Source: Dicyema japonicum (Eukaryota; Animalia; Dicyemida). From it: DNA of 64,000 nucleotides. Position numbers and translations under genes: made by a program. Below are positions 62,611-64,000 of this stretch, one piece after another (position 1 is the stretch's first letter; each line of letters starts with the position of its first letter). A model generated the notes under the pieces. It did not search any database, was not told where the DNA came from, and saw only the letters and a list, made by a program, of their open reading frames with translations. The DNA lies in assembly GCA_011109175.1 (NCBI GenBank), contig RDEW01000028.1:401000-464999 (forward strand), read 5' to 3'.

Positions 62611-64000
62611 CCAATTCACACTGTCATAGAAGTAGAGACCTTTCAACATCACAGTCCATCTAGATACAGAGAAAAAGGAAGAAAACATCTTATTCTCGCA
62701 GTTATGAAACCCCTCCAGTGGAGTAGAAGAGTGAAGTGATCCTTTTCCGTGTCACGGTGGCATTGTGCGCTACTCTCACGGTTAAGAATTCCCAGTTTAT
62801 CTCTTAGTCTCCTTCTCATCGTCGTTCGTAAATCCAGTTCATCTCTGTATCCATTAAGAATACTCTCTGCTGTTTTCATAATCGTAGCAGTCTGTATATA
62901 GGCTTTCATAGGATAATCCAGCTTCAAGACTACTAAATGGTGTTTATAGTAATTGCTGACGATTTCATCCCAAGTCAAAACTACTAGGAATATATACACT
63001 TTTGTTGTGTCTACACGTATTTCTACAATTTTTTTTGAATTTTTTTTCGGATCAACGAGAAGGGTTATGGCTAAGACAAAAGATTGGAATAGCCATACTC
63101 CGAGGGAACTCGTTCGCAATCCACGCAGCAGGCTTCCTCAACTGACATTTGTTTAATTGTTAAAAAAAATTTTTGTTAAAAAAAATTAAAGATTTTATTA
63201 AATCAAATAAAAAAGGACAAAACATCTCTACAAATTTGTTAAAAATTACTAATTGTATTTTTTGATTTTTATTCCAAACAGATGGCTTGTGATACTCTTG
63301 TCAAGAGGATTCTGCACTCCCTCCCCGAATTCTCTATTGACCATGATGTCGGTCATACACGTGAGGCCTGTAGCCGTACCGATTCCACAAGATACAATTT
63401 ATTATTGTTTTTAAATTTGTTAAAATATAGTCAATAAATGAAACAATTTAAATATCATGCTATCGATGTAAACGCCTAGTGCTCCGCCAAACACGTGGAA
63501 GCACGCTCCGTGTAGGACAGTATCGTTGTTCTGGGAATGTCCGTATATAAGGGCTAGTGTAAAATTTAAGCATATTGACGTCTTCTGACCACATTGAACG
63601 CTCATAACCGCGGCCTGTCAATTTGACGCCATTGACAGAAATCTAGTGCTTTTCTCTGATGGTCTCATTTTAATGACGGGGGAAAAGCGTCTATGTTAAT
63701 GTCGACTATATAACAACCCTTTGTTTGGGTCGCATGTTGACATGCCTTTTCTACACAGTACCACATATCTCATCTAAAAAGGCTGATTCTGTGTATCATA
63801 AGAATCTAGAGTTTCTTCTCACGATGGCAATAGATCAACCAAGAAGCTACTGAATCTCACCTAGGTCGTGGCGTTTGAGTGTAGCTAGACGTCCTAGCTT
63901 TTTGAGAAAATTAAGCGATTTCCCGCATATTCCTCCAATTGTTTCAACCACAACGCCCTGGAAAGTGAATCAGTTAGAACCGCATCGTATTTCCCCTTGG

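Noticed and set aside
63400-64000. Transposase or integrase remnant
   Set aside because: Only a weak FLDE-like motif amid stops; insufficient support.

Overview
AT-rich eukaryotic (metazoan) DNA with compact genes split by very short GT-AG introns, mostly 19-28 nt. This fragments the ORF track, so I reassembled the genes by hand. Tiny introns together with ciliary genes suggest a dicyemid mesozoan, but that is inference only. Genes recognised: BBS2 (5'-truncated, with a ~500-aa in-frame insertion), a K50 paired-class (Otx-like) homeobox gene whose homeodomain the ORF track misses, MRPS5, CCDC112, NDUFA9, POLG2, ADCY9, PDCL3, SDHAF4, XRN2, DNAJC19, SNRNP27, ITFG1 and an Ig/FN3 protein. Intergenic DNA is dense with mobile elements: APE-type LINEs (one with a 2A StopGo peptide), CRE-like RLE retrotransposons, RTE fragments, hAT elements and MITEs, an intron-containing Ginger-like integrase, and three short retroposon families. 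Best candidate for an undescribed system: an RNA module with HDV-ribozyme-like nested double-pseudoknot topology. It sits at the 5' end of the 2A-LINE and recurs, with different stem sequences, in two short non-autonomous families. One family shares the LINE's 3' tail and the other carries a CRE-derived tail. Single-base frameshifts in several conserved genes suggest residual assembly errors, so single-base observations need caution.
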